A stretch of DNA of 64,000 nt from NCBI GenBank assembly GCA_964583975.1, contig CAZOXU010000001.1:291552-355551 (forward strand), given 5' to 3'. Below, in pieces: positions 47,460 through 56,479 of the stretch. The notes below the pieces were generated by a model. It saw only the letters and a program-made list of their open reading frames with translations, did not search any database and was not told the origin of the DNA. How positions within the stretch are numbered: position 1 is the stretch's first letter; every line of letters begins with the position of its first letter. The translations under genes were made by a program, and so were the position numbers. The DNA is from an uncultured Planctomycetales bacterium (GTDB taxonomy: Bacteria > Omnitrophota > Gorgyraeia > Zapsychrales > Fredricksoniimonadaceae).

Positions 47460-47948
47460 CTATTTGCCTTTCTTCTTTTTATTCTTTCCTAAAATCGTCT
47501 GCAATTCCGACATAAACTGGTTCACATCACGAAACTGGCGATACACAGAAGCAAATCTTACATAAGCCACTTCATCAACAGTTGAAAGCTGATTCATCAC
47601 CATCTCACCAATATCTTTAGCCTCAACTTCATGATCGTATTTTTTACGAACGACCCGCTCGATCTCATCCACCATTGATTCAATTTGATCAACACTCACA
47701 GGCCTTTTTTCACAAGCCTTGATGATCCCATTTGTAATCCGTGTTCGATCAAAAGTCTGTCTTCGGCCGTCACGCTTAACTACCATCAAAGGCACCTGCT
47801 CAATATATTCGTAGGTGGTAAAACGTTCTTCACATTTAGGACATTTGCGTCGGCGACGAATGGATGTCCCATCGCTGTTCATGCGAGAATCAACAACATT
47901 CGTATCTTTATAGTGACAAGCAGGACAGCGCATATATTTACATGTCAT
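47460..47948 (-). CDS. nrdR: Transcriptional repressor NrdR (conserved N-terminus MRCPACH begins at 47933)
   Basis: Zinc ribbon CPACH..CPKC followed by an ATP-cone. The first five codons (MTCKY) are contributed by the terminus of a Family I element. Confidence 0.85.
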   Translation of the reverse strand: MTCKYMRCPACHYKDTNVVDSRMNSDGTSIRRRRKCPKCEERFTTYEYIEQVPLMVVKRDGRRQTFDRTRITNGIIKACEKRPVSVDQIESMVDEIERVVRKKYDHEVEAKDIGEMVMNQLSTVDEVAYVRFASVYRQFRDVNQFMSELQTILGKNKKKKGK

Positions 47949-48066
47949 CCCCGAAATCTTTTACCTGCCTGCCGGCAGGCAGGTCGGGGATCTAGAGCTT
48001 GCAAGAAAATCTCTGATTTCCGCCAAAGGCGGACCAGCCTCAGGCTGGAAAACATTCGGGCTAGAC
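47944..48066. repeat. Family I palindromic element, copy 4 (123 bp, divergent, with internal CCTGCCTGCCGGCAGGCAGG palindrome)
   Basis: GTCATCCCCGAAATCTTTTACC...TCGGGGATCTAGAGC...GGAAAACATTCGGGCTAGAC. Intergenic between nrdR and glyA. Confidence 0.8.
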
Positions 48067-48073
48067 AGATTAA

Positions 48074-49312
48074 TTAATAAATTGGAAATTCGTGAGCCAA
48101 CTTCTCGACTTCTTTCCTAATGGCTTCCAGCGCTTTTTCATCAGCGCGATTGGTCACAGCACGGTCAATTAAATCCGCAATACGGACCATTTCCTTTTCC
48201 TTCATCCCACGAGTGGTGATCGCTGGTGTTCCAATGCGAATACCGCTGGTGACGGTTGGATTCTCTGTATCAAAAGGAATCATATTCTTATTAACTGTAA
48301 TTTGAACATGATCTAACAAGGTCGCCATATCCTTACCGGTAATATTTTTGGGTTTCAAATCCACCATGAACAAATGATTATCTGTTCCGCCAGCAACAAT
48401 GCGATAACCTTTATTAGCTAAGGCACCAGAGAGCGCCTTGGCATTGGCCACAATCTGCTGTTGGTACACTTTAAAAGCCGGCTCTAATGCTTCTTTAAAA
48501 GCAACGGCCTTGGCAGCTATAATGTGCATCAATGGACCACCTTGAATACCTGGAAATACAGCACTATCAATCTTCTTAGCAAACTCTGCCTTACATAAAA
48601 TCATTCCACCGCGAGGTCCTCTGAGGGTTTTGTGCGTGGTAGTTGTGACGAAATCAGCGTAAGGCACAGGATTAGGATGAATACCTGCAGCAACCAGACC
48701 AGCAAAGTGAGCCATGTCGACAAAAAGATAGGCACCCACCTTATCGCAAATCTCTCTGAAACGCTTAAAATCCAAAACGCGTGAATAAGCCGAGTACCCA
48801 GCCACAATCATCCGAGGTTTATGTTCCAAGGCCAGACGCTCAACTTCATCCATATTAATGAGTTCGGTTTTTTGATCGACTTTATAAGAGACAATATTAT
48901 AAAGTTTTCCAGAAATATTAAACTTCAACCCATGAGTCAAATGTCCACCACAGGCCAGGTCCATTCCCATAATAGTATCACCTGTCTTAAGAGGTGCAAT
49001 GTACACAGCTGTATTGGCTTGCGGACCTGAGTGAGGGTGGGCATTTACGTGATCAGCGCCAAACATTTTCTTTGCCCGCTCAATTGCCTTGTTTTCGATC
49101 ACATCGACATGTTCGCAACCATTGTACCAACGCGCGCCAGGATAACCTTCAGCGTATTTATTGGTTAACACCGAGCCAGCAGCCTCTAAGACAGCTTTGG
49201 AAACAATATTCTCTGAAGCAATCAATTCCAGGTTGTTCTTCTGACGGGTCAATTCATGTTCAATGGCTTGATAAATATCTGGATCATTTTTCTGCAAGTC
49301 ACTCATTTCCAA
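48074..49312 (-). CDS. glyA: Serine hydroxymethyltransferase
   Basis: PLP-lysine motif [14 protein letters not shown]; 412 aa; TTG start. Confidence 0.95.
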   Translation of the reverse strand: MEMSDLQKNDPDIYQAIEHELTRQKNNLELIASENIVSKAVLEAAGSVLTNKYAEGYPGARWYNGCEHVDVIENKAIERAKKMFGADHVNAHPHSGPQANTAVYIAPLKTGDTIMGMDLACGGHLTHGLKFNISGKLYNIVSYKVDQKTELINMDEVERLALEHKPRMIVAGYSAYSRVLDFKRFREICDKVGAYLFVDMAHFAGLVAAGIHPNPVPYADFVTTTTHKTLRGPRGGMILCKAEFAKKIDSAVFPGIQGGPLMHIIAAKAVAFKEALEPAFKVYQQQIVANAKALSGALANKGYRIVAGGTDNHLFMVDLKPKNITGKDMATLLDHVQITVNKNMIPFDTENPTVTSGIRIGTPAITTRGMKEKEMVRIADLIDRAVTNRADEKALEAIRKEVEKLAHEFPIY

Positions 49313-49329
49313 AATCTCCTCTTAAGATT

Positions 49330-49397
49330 GTCATCCCCGAATGCTTTTATCGGGGATCTAGTGCACTAGTTGCCCGACTAAAACATTCGGGCATGAC
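49330..49397. repeat. Family I palindromic element, copy 5 (68 bp)
   Basis: GTCATCCCCGAATGCTTTTATCGGGGATCTAGTGCACTAGTTGCCCGACTAAAACATTCGGGCATGAC. Intergenic between glyA and rpiB. Confidence 0.85.
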
Positions 49398-49402
49398 AGG
49401 TG

Positions 49403-49855
49403 TTATTTCATAAACTTCTTCTCAATCGCTTGAATCTGTTCAAATCGTCTCTGGTGACGACCACCTTCAAATGGGGTAGTTAACCAAGTCTCAACTATAG
49501 GAATGATATTGGCAGCTTCAATAAAAAGTGAGCCTAAAACTAAAATATTGGAATTGTTATGTTCACGCGATAACTTAGCAGCTTCCTTGGTATAACACAA
49601 AGCCGCATAGGCGCCTGGAACTTTATTGGCAGCAATTGAATGTCCTATTCCTGTCATACACACTAGAATTCCACGAGCATCGGCATTGCCAGCAACCTTG
49701 CTTGCCACCTCTAAAGAAAATTGCGGGTAATCACAACCCATTTCTTCTTGAAAGGTGCCTACATCAACTACTTCATGCCCCTTTTTGCTTAAGGATTCCA
49801 CAATGCTCTTTTTTAATTCGAATCCTCGATGATCTGCGCCAATATAAATTTTCAT
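49403..49855 (-). CDS. rpiB: Ribose-5-phosphate isomerase B
   Basis: RpiB/LacAB fold; ~150 aa with the active-site region GIGHSIAANK. Confidence 0.85.
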   Translation of the reverse strand: MKIYIGADHRGFELKKSIVESLSKKGHEVVDVGTFQEEMGCDYPQFSLEVASKVAGNADARGILVCMTGIGHSIAANKVPGAYAALCYTKEAAKLSREHNNSNILVLGSLFIEAANIIPIVETWLTTPFEGGRHQRRFEQIQAIEKKFMK

Positions 49856-50919
49856 TACAAAAGCTCCACAATACGTTCGATCGCTTCATTAATATTTAAC
49901 AAGCACTCTTCATAAGCCACATGGGATTGACCAATAGGATCTGGAATATCTTCATTGCCTTCAGGGCCAGCAGCGTGATGGCAGAATTCTTTTAAAAGAT
50001 ACACGCGCTGCTCAACATAGGGCACATGATCTAAAATTTGGGCGCGATGTGACCTAGTCATAGCCAAAATTAAATCTGCTTTGCGTAGCATCGTCCTGCC
50101 TAATGGCTTTGAAATATGAGCAGCGGCATTAATGCCTCGTTGGCGTAATACCGTTAAAGTCTCTTGGCTGGCAGAAGATTTAAAAAACACATTGGTGCCT
50201 GCGGAGAGGACTTCAACATCTTCGCGGCCAATCAACTTAGCTTTTAGCAAATATTCAGCCATAACTGAGCGACAGCTGTTTCCTGTGCAGACAAACAATA
50301 CAACCTTCTTATTAACCGCACGATCCACATCAGATTGACTGATCACTCCTTCACGAATCACTGTTGGCTTAGGTTTGGTGAAATCGACAATCGTTGAGGA
50401 AACACCAAATTCCACTGGCCCGCCATCAATGGCTAAATCAACCAATCCATCCAAATCTTCCAAGGCTTCAAAAACATTGGTCGGCGCTTTCTTACCTTCT
50501 AAATTTGCGGAAGGAGCGGCAATTGTGCAACCAGATTGCTGCACCAAATTAAGAGCAATAGTGTGATCTGGCATACGGATCCCCACCGTATCCTGGCCAT
50601 CCTTGGTTGGCACAATGACAGTTAACGGTCCTGGCCAATATTTATCAATGAGCTTATATAAATTTGGTTTTGTATAATTCGCATAATTCTCAACAATCCC
50701 TCTTTGAGCGACCAAAATTGAATATCGCTTACCGTCTGAACGTTTTTTAACGGATGATAAACGTTCTATCGCTTGGGGATTATTAGCATCAGCCGCAATC
50801 CCATAGACGGTCTCGGTCGGAAAAACAACCAAGCCTCCCTGGCGAATAATACGGGCAGCCTCGCTGATTTTGTCAGATTCAGGAACAGCAGGATTAATTT
50901 TGAGAATCTTGGTTCGCAT
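49855..50919 (-). CDS. tsaC: Fusion protein: L-threonylcarbamoyladenylate synthase TsaC/Sua5 (N) + low-molecular-weight protein (Tyr/Arg) phosphatase (C)
   Basis: N-terminal YrdC domain (VVFPTETVYGIAADA) and C-terminal LMW-PTP P-loop VLFVCTGNSCRS. Confidence 0.75.
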   Translation of the reverse strand: MRTKILKINPAVPESDKISEAARIIRQGGLVVFPTETVYGIAADANNPQAIERLSSVKKRSDGKRYSILVAQRGIVENYANYTKPNLYKLIDKYWPGPLTVIVPTKDGQDTVGIRMPDHTIALNLVQQSGCTIAAPSANLEGKKAPTNVFEALEDLDGLVDLAIDGGPVEFGVSSTIVDFTKPKPTVIREGVISQSDVDRAVNKKVVLFVCTGNSCRSVMAEYLLKAKLIGREDVEVLSAGTNVFFKSSASQETLTVLRQRGINAAAHISKPLGRTMLRKADLILAMTRSHRAQILDHVPYVEQRVYLLKEFCHHAAGPEGNEDIPDPIGQSHVAYEECLLNINEAIERIVELL

Positions 50920-50923
50920 AATT

Positions 50924-50996
50924 AAATTAGGGACAGCGCCCTATTTCACCTTATTTTTTCTTTCTTACTTGCTAAATAGGGCGCTGTCCCTAATTT
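50924..50996. repeat. Family III palindromic element, copy 3 (73 bp)
   Basis: Arms identical to copy 2. Provides the purD C-terminus KLGTAPYLASKKEKIR plus stop. Abuts the tsaC start. Confidence 0.9.
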
Positions 50997-52259
50997 AGCA
51001 AGGGCTTTTTGTCCAATATCACGTCTAAAGAAGATATGATCAAATTGGATCTTATCGACAGATTCATAGGCCTTGGCAATGGCTTTTTCAAGTGAAGCAC
51101 CTAAACTAGCAACACCTAAAACTCTTCCCCCCGCTGTGACTAGAGAACCGCCATCATTTTTTGTTCCTGCGTGAAAAACAATAGTGTCTGGATCATTAAT
51201 ATCTTCTAGGCCCTTGATCTCATAACCATTTTGATATTTGCCAGGATATCCGCCGGAAGTCAAGACCACACAGACACATGATCGCTGGTCCCATTGTACC
51301 TTTAATTCATTGAGTCTGCCGTCACACGAAGCCAACATGATTTCAACAAGATCGCTTTTCAATTTAGGTACAATACTCTGCGTTTCTGGGTCACCAAAAC
51401 GCGTGTTAAATTCTAACACAAATGGCCCGCTATTGGTTAACATTAAGCCTGCGTACAATACTCCCTTAAATGGTACACCCTGGGCATACATTCCCCGCAA
51501 AGTAGGTTCAATAATTTTCTTAATAATGATATCTAAAATCTCTGCAGTCACAATTGGGGCAGGACAATAAGAACCCATACCACCGGTATTCGGCCCTAAA
51601 TCTTCATCAAAAATCCGTTTATGATCTTGAGCGCTAGGCAAAACCAAAAAATGTTTGCCATCACAAATCGCCAACACCGAGGCTTCCTGACCTTGCAGGC
51701 AATCCTCAACGACGATTCTTTCTCCAGCCGTTCCATAAAGCTTCTGAACCATGATTTCATCAACAGCTATCTGGGCTTCTTTTAAATTGGCGCACACATA
51801 CACACCTTTACCTGCTGCAATCCCGTCAGCTTTAACTACCAAAGGAAATCTCGCTGAGTTCAAGAAATCTAAGGCATCGATAAATCTTTCAAAAACTTTA
51901 TAGCTGGCGGTTGGGATATCATGACTCGATAAGAATTGTTTCGTATAAATCTTGCTGCCTTCTAATTGTGCAGCTTCCTTACTTGGACCAAAGATCTTCA
52001 GTCCTTTTTGAGAAAAGACATCAACAATACCAACAACCAAGGCTGCCTCGGGGCCTACCACGGTCAGGTCAATTTTCTTAGATAGAGCAAATTTCAACAA
52101 GCCTTCGATATCATCAACAGCAATATTGACGCACTCGGCAATCTGAGCGATACCACCATTGCCTGGGGCGCAATAAAGCTTCTTAACCTTAGGACTCTGT
52201 TTGATCTTCCAGCACAGCGCATGCTCTCTGCCGCCAGAACCAATGACTAGAATGTTCAT
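50946..52259 (-). CDS. purD: Phosphoribosylamine-glycine ligase
   Basis: ATP-grasp PurD; MNILVIGSGGREHAL N-terminus. Confidence 0.9.
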   Translation of the reverse strand: MNILVIGSGGREHALCWKIKQSPKVKKLYCAPGNGGIAQIAECVNIAVDDIEGLLKFALSKKIDLTVVGPEAALVVGIVDVFSQKGLKIFGPSKEAAQLEGSKIYTKQFLSSHDIPTASYKVFERFIDALDFLNSARFPLVVKADGIAAGKGVYVCANLKEAQIAVDEIMVQKLYGTAGERIVVEDCLQGQEASVLAICDGKHFLVLPSAQDHKRIFDEDLGPNTGGMGSYCPAPIVTAEILDIIIKKIIEPTLRGMYAQGVPFKGVLYAGLMLTNSGPFVLEFNTRFGDPETQSIVPKLKSDLVEIMLASCDGRLNELKVQWDQRSCVCVVLTSGGYPGKYQNGYEIKGLEDINDPDTIVFHAGTKNDGGSLVTAGGRVLGVASLGASLEKAIAKAYESVDKIQFDHIFFRRDIGQKALAKLGTAPYLASKKEKIR

Positions 52260-52268
52260 TTTTTCCCT

Positions 52269-52295
52269 GTACGGGCTGGGTAACCCAGCCCCTAC
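52269..52295. repeat. Mini single-hairpin relative of Family II: GTACGGG-CTGGGtaaCCCAG-CCCCTAC
   Basis: Shares the CCCCTAC terminus; the other terminus is one mismatch from GTAGGGG. Fills the purM-purD intercistronic gap and overlaps the purM stop. Confidence 0.6.
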
Positions 52296-53299
52296 CCTAT
52301 AAAAATAATTTTCTTCTTATTATCAGAAACAACCTTACCAATCACAAATGATTCTAATTTCAACTGACGAAGGAACGCTTGCACCTTAACAACATCCTTG
52401 GGTGCAACAACCAAGCTCAATCCAATTCCCATATTAAAGGTGCGATACATATCATGCTCAGGCACATGGCCCTTATCTTGAATCAAGGTAAATATACGTG
52501 GCACAGGCCAGCTACCCTTATGTATAGAGAAGGCCAATCCCTTTGGTAAAACCTTGGTTAATTTCTCATACCAAGCACCGCCGGTCATGTGCGCCATGCC
52601 CTTGACGGTAAACTTTTCTAATAAAGCTAAAACTGGCTTCACATAAATACACGTTGGTTTGAGCAAAATCTGTGCATAGTCTCGTTGTTCTTTAGCGCTT
52701 AAAGCTTTGCGAGCCAGAGAATATCCATTGGAGTGTAATCCTGAGGAAGGCAAACCAATGACCACATCACCGTCTTGGATTTTTGTACCATCTATAATAC
52801 GATCGCGCTCAACAATTCCTACAGTAAACCCTGCTAAATCGTAGTCTTCGCCTCGGTACATATCGGGCATTTCAGCGGTCTCGCCCCCGATGAGAGCGCA
52901 GCCGGCCTGATGACATCCAGCCACAATGCCCTTCATCACATCCTTCATCATCCGGTTATTGAGTTTGCCGGTCGCAATATAATCGAGGAAGAACAATGGT
53001 TTAGCACCCGTACACAAGACATCATTGACGTTCATGGCTACCAAATCAACGCCTACCTTATCATGCTTACCAACCAAATTAGCAACAAGAAGTTTGGTGC
53101 CAACGCCATCCGTCGAAGAAACAAGGACTGGATTTTTATATCCTTTTAAATCCAAAGCAAACAAAGCACCAAACGAACCTGGACGATTTAATACCCCTTT
53201 ACTGATGGTTGATCGAGCCAAGCCTTTGATATCATCGACAAAGCGATTGGCCTTAGCAATATCCACACCAGCTTTTTTATAGGTTAATGATAGTTTCAT
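52292..53299 (-). CDS. purM: Phosphoribosylformylglycinamidine cyclo-ligase
   Basis: AIR synthase family; 335 aa. Confidence 0.9.
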   Translation of the reverse strand: MKLSLTYKKAGVDIAKANRFVDDIKGLARSTISKGVLNRPGSFGALFALDLKGYKNPVLVSSTDGVGTKLLVANLVGKHDKVGVDLVAMNVNDVLCTGAKPLFFLDYIATGKLNNRMMKDVMKGIVAGCHQAGCALIGGETAEMPDMYRGEDYDLAGFTVGIVERDRIIDGTKIQDGDVVIGLPSSGLHSNGYSLARKALSAKEQRDYAQILLKPTCIYVKPVLALLEKFTVKGMAHMTGGAWYEKLTKVLPKGLAFSIHKGSWPVPRIFTLIQDKGHVPEHDMYRTFNMGIGLSLVVAPKDVVKVQAFLRQLKLESFVIGKVVSDNKKKIIFIG

Positions 53300-53325
53300 A
53301 GCTTAAAATTCCTAAAGATAAAAAT

Positions 53326-54045
53326 TTATGAAATGATCTTAAGAATATCTTTTTGTAGATCGTTAATACTCTTAACTTTGGCAGATTCATCAAATTGTTC
53401 TTTTGCTAAATATATTCCATCAAGTTCATATTCCATAACGATCCGCGCTTTTCTTGGCTTTTTATTATCCCCCTCACCTCTAATAAAACTAATCTCATCA
53501 TCATTATCCGGAGTAATCATAAAAACACGTATCGCTTTTGTATTTGGATTTTCTTTTAATTTTAATTTCCAAAAAGGTGTTTCAGTATACCTCTCTCGAA
53601 AAGAATTCTTCACAGATAAAATACAAATGATATTAACTTTCTTTATTTTCTCTTGATACTTATAAATAATCATGTCCGCATCAGGCAAAAGAGCATATTC
53701 TTCAAAATGAACCATAATTGCTCGCTTTACAAGATCGTGCTCTCCATCTCGAACATTCTTCAAATTCTTATCTTTAATAATTCTTAAATTATATTTCTGA
53801 CAAAAGTCTTCCAAAGAAGATGCGACGATTTTTTCAAGAGAACTACCAACAAAACTCACCCATCCTTGTCGACTCTTATTTTGCGCTTCTGACTCACTGA
53901 ATCCAGACTTCTTCCATTGAGCACTTTTATTTCTCATAAAAGTTATACGCATTTTATTTAAAAAGTCTCCCAATAAACTCAATGTGCGATCTTTATGAAC
54001 AGTTTTAAATTTATTAAACTCTTTTTCTAATTCTTTATAATCCAT
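53326..54045 (-). CDS. Candidate type II restriction endonuclease (partner of the adjacent methyltransferase)
   Basis: AT-rich gene 23 bp downstream of a DNA methyltransferase, inserted inside the pur operon. Possible PD..(S/E)xK-like core LLPDADMIIY...ILSVK. No family recognisable by eye. Confidence 0.4.
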   Translation of the reverse strand: MDYKELEKEFNKFKTVHKDRTLSLLGDFLNKMRITFMRNKSAQWKKSGFSESEAQNKSRQGWVSFVGSSLEKIVASSLEDFCQKYNLRIIKDKNLKNVRDGEHDLVKRAIMVHFEEYALLPDADMIIYKYQEKIKKVNIICILSVKNSFRERYTETPFWKLKLKENPNTKAIRVFMITPDNDDEISFIRGEGDNKKPRKARIVMEYELDGIYLAKEQFDESAKVKSINDLQKDILKIIS

Positions 54046-54068
54046 AGTTAGATTCCTTCACAAAAATC

Positions 54069-54884
54069 TTACTTAAATAAAACTTCCGTAAACTCTTCTA
54101 ATCTTCTACGGGCCAATTGACAATAATTCTTATCTATGTCAACTCCTATGCCTTTTCGATTATGAATTGTAGCTTCAATTAAAGTCGTGCCGCTTCCTAA
54201 AAACGGATCTAAAACCACATCTCCAATATAACTAAACAATTTAACACATCTTTTGGGCAATTCTCGAGGGAATGGCGCAGGATGACCTATCCTCTTCTTA
54301 CTTTCACCGTTAAATGTCCACACACCGTTAGTCCATCCCATAAACTCTTCTTTTGTAATATCATTTTCCCGACTTCCTCCAACTTTCTTCCAATCTTTTT
54401 TATACAAAATCACAATCAATTCAACAGGAGCAATAACGTATGGAGCAGAAGCGCTCATCCAGGAGCCCCATGCCGTTCTACGAGATATGTTTCCTTCATT
54501 CCAAATAATTGTTGAATGATATTTCCATCCTATACTTTTTGCAATAGCAGTGATGTCTGAGCCTACACTTTGTTGACCATTTTTATTCTTGTCTAAAGGA
54601 ATATTTAAACAAAATCTTCCTTCGTCTTTGGAAAGCTCAAAACATTTTTTAATCCATTTTCTTGTAAATTCTAAATAATCAGTATAAGAAGTTTGGTCAT
54701 TATGAGAATTATATTTAATATCTACGTTATAGGGAGGGGATGTGACAATCAAATCAATGCTAGATAGTGGAATTGCATCGGTCAATATAAAGTCATCATT
54801 TATAATCTTTAGATCTTCATTTTCATAAAAAACTTTTCTCTTTTTTTTCATTTCATCAGTATTAATTAACAATGTGTCTTCCAT
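54069..54884 (-). CDS. Beta-class amino-DNA methyltransferase (N4-cytosine or N6-adenine); SPPY catalytic motif precedes DPFLGSGTT SAM-binding motif
   Basis: Motif IV TSPPYNV followed ~180 aa later by motif I VLDPFLGSGTT (beta permutation). SPPY favours N4-cytosine specificity. Confidence 0.8.
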   Translation of the reverse strand: MEDTLLINTDEMKKKRKVFYENEDLKIINDDFILTDAIPLSSIDLIVTSPPYNVDIKYNSHNDQTSYTDYLEFTRKWIKKCFELSKDEGRFCLNIPLDKNKNGQQSVGSDITAIAKSIGWKYHSTIIWNEGNISRRTAWGSWMSASAPYVIAPVELIVILYKKDWKKVGGSRENDITKEEFMGWTNGVWTFNGESKKRIGHPAPFPRELPKRCVKLFSYIGDVVLDPFLGSGTTLIEATIHNRKGIGVDIDKNYCQLARRRLEEFTEVLFK

Positions 54885-55014
54885 GTATCCTCCCGTTTTT
54901 ATGGAATGTTATAAATGCGTTGGGGAGGACGCAAGGTTACAAAAATCTATTTAATCAACATGGGGAATGTTGTGACATTCTATACTTAACTTTATGATTT
55001 ACCAAATAATAAAT

Positions 55015-55812
55015 TTAGAAGACTTTTTCTTTAATATATTTAACGCCATTTTCAAAAATCTTAGCTCCATCTCCAAGCTTCGACTTCTTATCTAATCTCG
55101 ACCAAAATGGATGGTGCTGAAATAAGAAATGACGTTCTGGATGCGGCATTAATCCTAACACACGTCCTGTCGTATCACAAATACCTGCGATGTGCTCGGT
55201 TGAACCATTAGGATCCTGGGGATACTCAGGTGCCCCACCATTTTGAGTACAATAATGAAATATAATCTGACCATTGGCTTTCAATGTTTCTAGCACCTTA
55301 GCATCGCGAGGAATAAATTTCCCTTCCCCATGAGCTACGGGCAAATAAATTTGACTAGGCAAATCCTTGGTCCATACACTTTTATTGCCAGTTACCGACA
55401 AATGCACCCAGCGTGCTTCAAATTTGGCTGAATCATTATGAAACAAGGTTGCTTCTTGACCCTGATGCTGATTTAAGCCCGGTAAGATTCCTGCCTTAAC
55501 TAAAATCTGAAAACCATTGCAGATTCCAATGATGAGTTTTCCTTGAGCGACAAACTTCTTTAAATCATCGGCTAATTTCAGCCGTAATTCATTGGCCAGG
55601 ATTCGACCTGAGGCAATATCATCGCCATAACTAAATCCACCAGGCAGCGCCATGATATGAAAATCAGCAAGTTTCACTCGTCCTGAAACAAGTTCATTAA
55701 TATGGATCTGCTTAACAACAGCCCCAAAATGAGAAAAGGCCGCAGCTGTTTCTTCATTGCAGTTGGTTCCTGCTGTTCTCAAAACTAAGACATTAACGGC
55801 GTTTTTTAGCAT
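55015..55812 (-). CDS. purQ: Phosphoribosylformylglycinamidine synthase subunit PurQ (glutaminase)
   Basis: Class-I GATase triad region GICNGFQ and C-terminal His; 265 aa. Confidence 0.85.
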   Translation of the reverse strand: MLKNAVNVLVLRTAGTNCNEETAAAFSHFGAVVKQIHINELVSGRVKLADFHIMALPGGFSYGDDIASGRILANELRLKLADDLKKFVAQGKLIIGICNGFQILVKAGILPGLNQHQGQEATLFHNDSAKFEARWVHLSVTGNKSVWTKDLPSQIYLPVAHGEGKFIPRDAKVLETLKANGQIIFHYCTQNGGAPEYPQDPNGSTEHIAGICDTTGRVLGLMPHPERHFLFQHHPFWSRLDKKSKLGDGAKIFENGVKYIKEKVF

Positions 55813-56479
55813 AAAATTTCTTAATCAGATTAATGACATCTTCAGGTTTATCAACAAGCTGGATAATCCCCAATTCTTCTTTGTGAACACAACCTTCTTG
55901 CAACATCGGTCCGTGCATCCAATCGATGAACCCTTTCCAATAGGCGCTGCCGTAAAGAATAACGGGAAAACGTTCCATACGTTGCGTTTGGATGAGCGTC
56001 AAACTTTCAGATAATTCATCAAGGGTTCCATAACCGCCCGGAAAAATCACAAAGGCTTTCGCGTATTTCACAAAACAAACCTTACGGCAGAAAAAGTAAT
56101 GAAAATTAATCAAATGATTGATGTGATCATTGGGTTTTTGTTCAAAAGGTAAATCAATATTCATACCAATCGATTTACCACCAGCCATGGTCGCACCTTT
56201 GTTTCCTGCTTCCATAATGCTTGGACCACCACCAGTAATGACCGCATAGCCTGCCTTCACTAATAATTGGGCTGTCTTTTGGGCAGCCACATAATATTTA
56301 TGTCCGGGTTTAATACGTGCTGAACCAAAAATACTAACGGCGGGCCCCACATCCTTCATTTCTTCAAAACCATCGACGAATTCCGCCATGATTCTAAAAA
56401 TGCGCCAAGGATCTTCTAATATGTCTAAATCAGGAACGTGCGGGTGTCGTGTTCGGGACTGTTTCTTTGCCATGTTCAC
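55793..56479 (-). CDS. LOG-family nucleotide 5'-monophosphate nucleosidase (TIGR00730-like)
   Basis: GGGPSIMEAGNKGA and PGGYGTLDE LOG motifs. Confidence 0.8.
   Translation of the reverse strand: MNMAKKQSRTRHPHVPDLDILEDPWRIFRIMAEFVDGFEEMKDVGPAVSIFGSARIKPGHKYYVAAQKTAQLLVKAGYAVITGGGPSIMEAGNKGATMAGGKSIGMNIDLPFEQKPNDHINHLINFHYFFCRKVCFVKYAKAFVIFPGGYGTLDELSESLTLIQTQRMERFPVILYGSAYWKGFIDWMHGPMLQEGCVHKEELGIIQLVDKPEDVINLIKKFYAKKRR

Noticed and set aside
1731-49397. Family I elements as plain Rho-independent terminators.
   Set aside because: None is followed by a U-rich tract on the transcribed strand. Several sit 10-20 nt upstream of the next start codon inside apparent operons, which fits REP/MITE-like elements better.
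1731-50996. Possibility that the short repeats are a CRISPR array or CRISPR remnants.
   Set aside because: The copies are dispersed over 50 kb, not regularly spaced, palindromic, of four different families, and no cas genes are present.
53326-54045. Assigning the 239-aa ORF to a named restriction-enzyme family.
   Set aside because: Only genomic context and a weak PD-(D/E)xK-like pattern support nuclease function. I cannot name a family without a database search, so I keep it as a low-confidence candidate.
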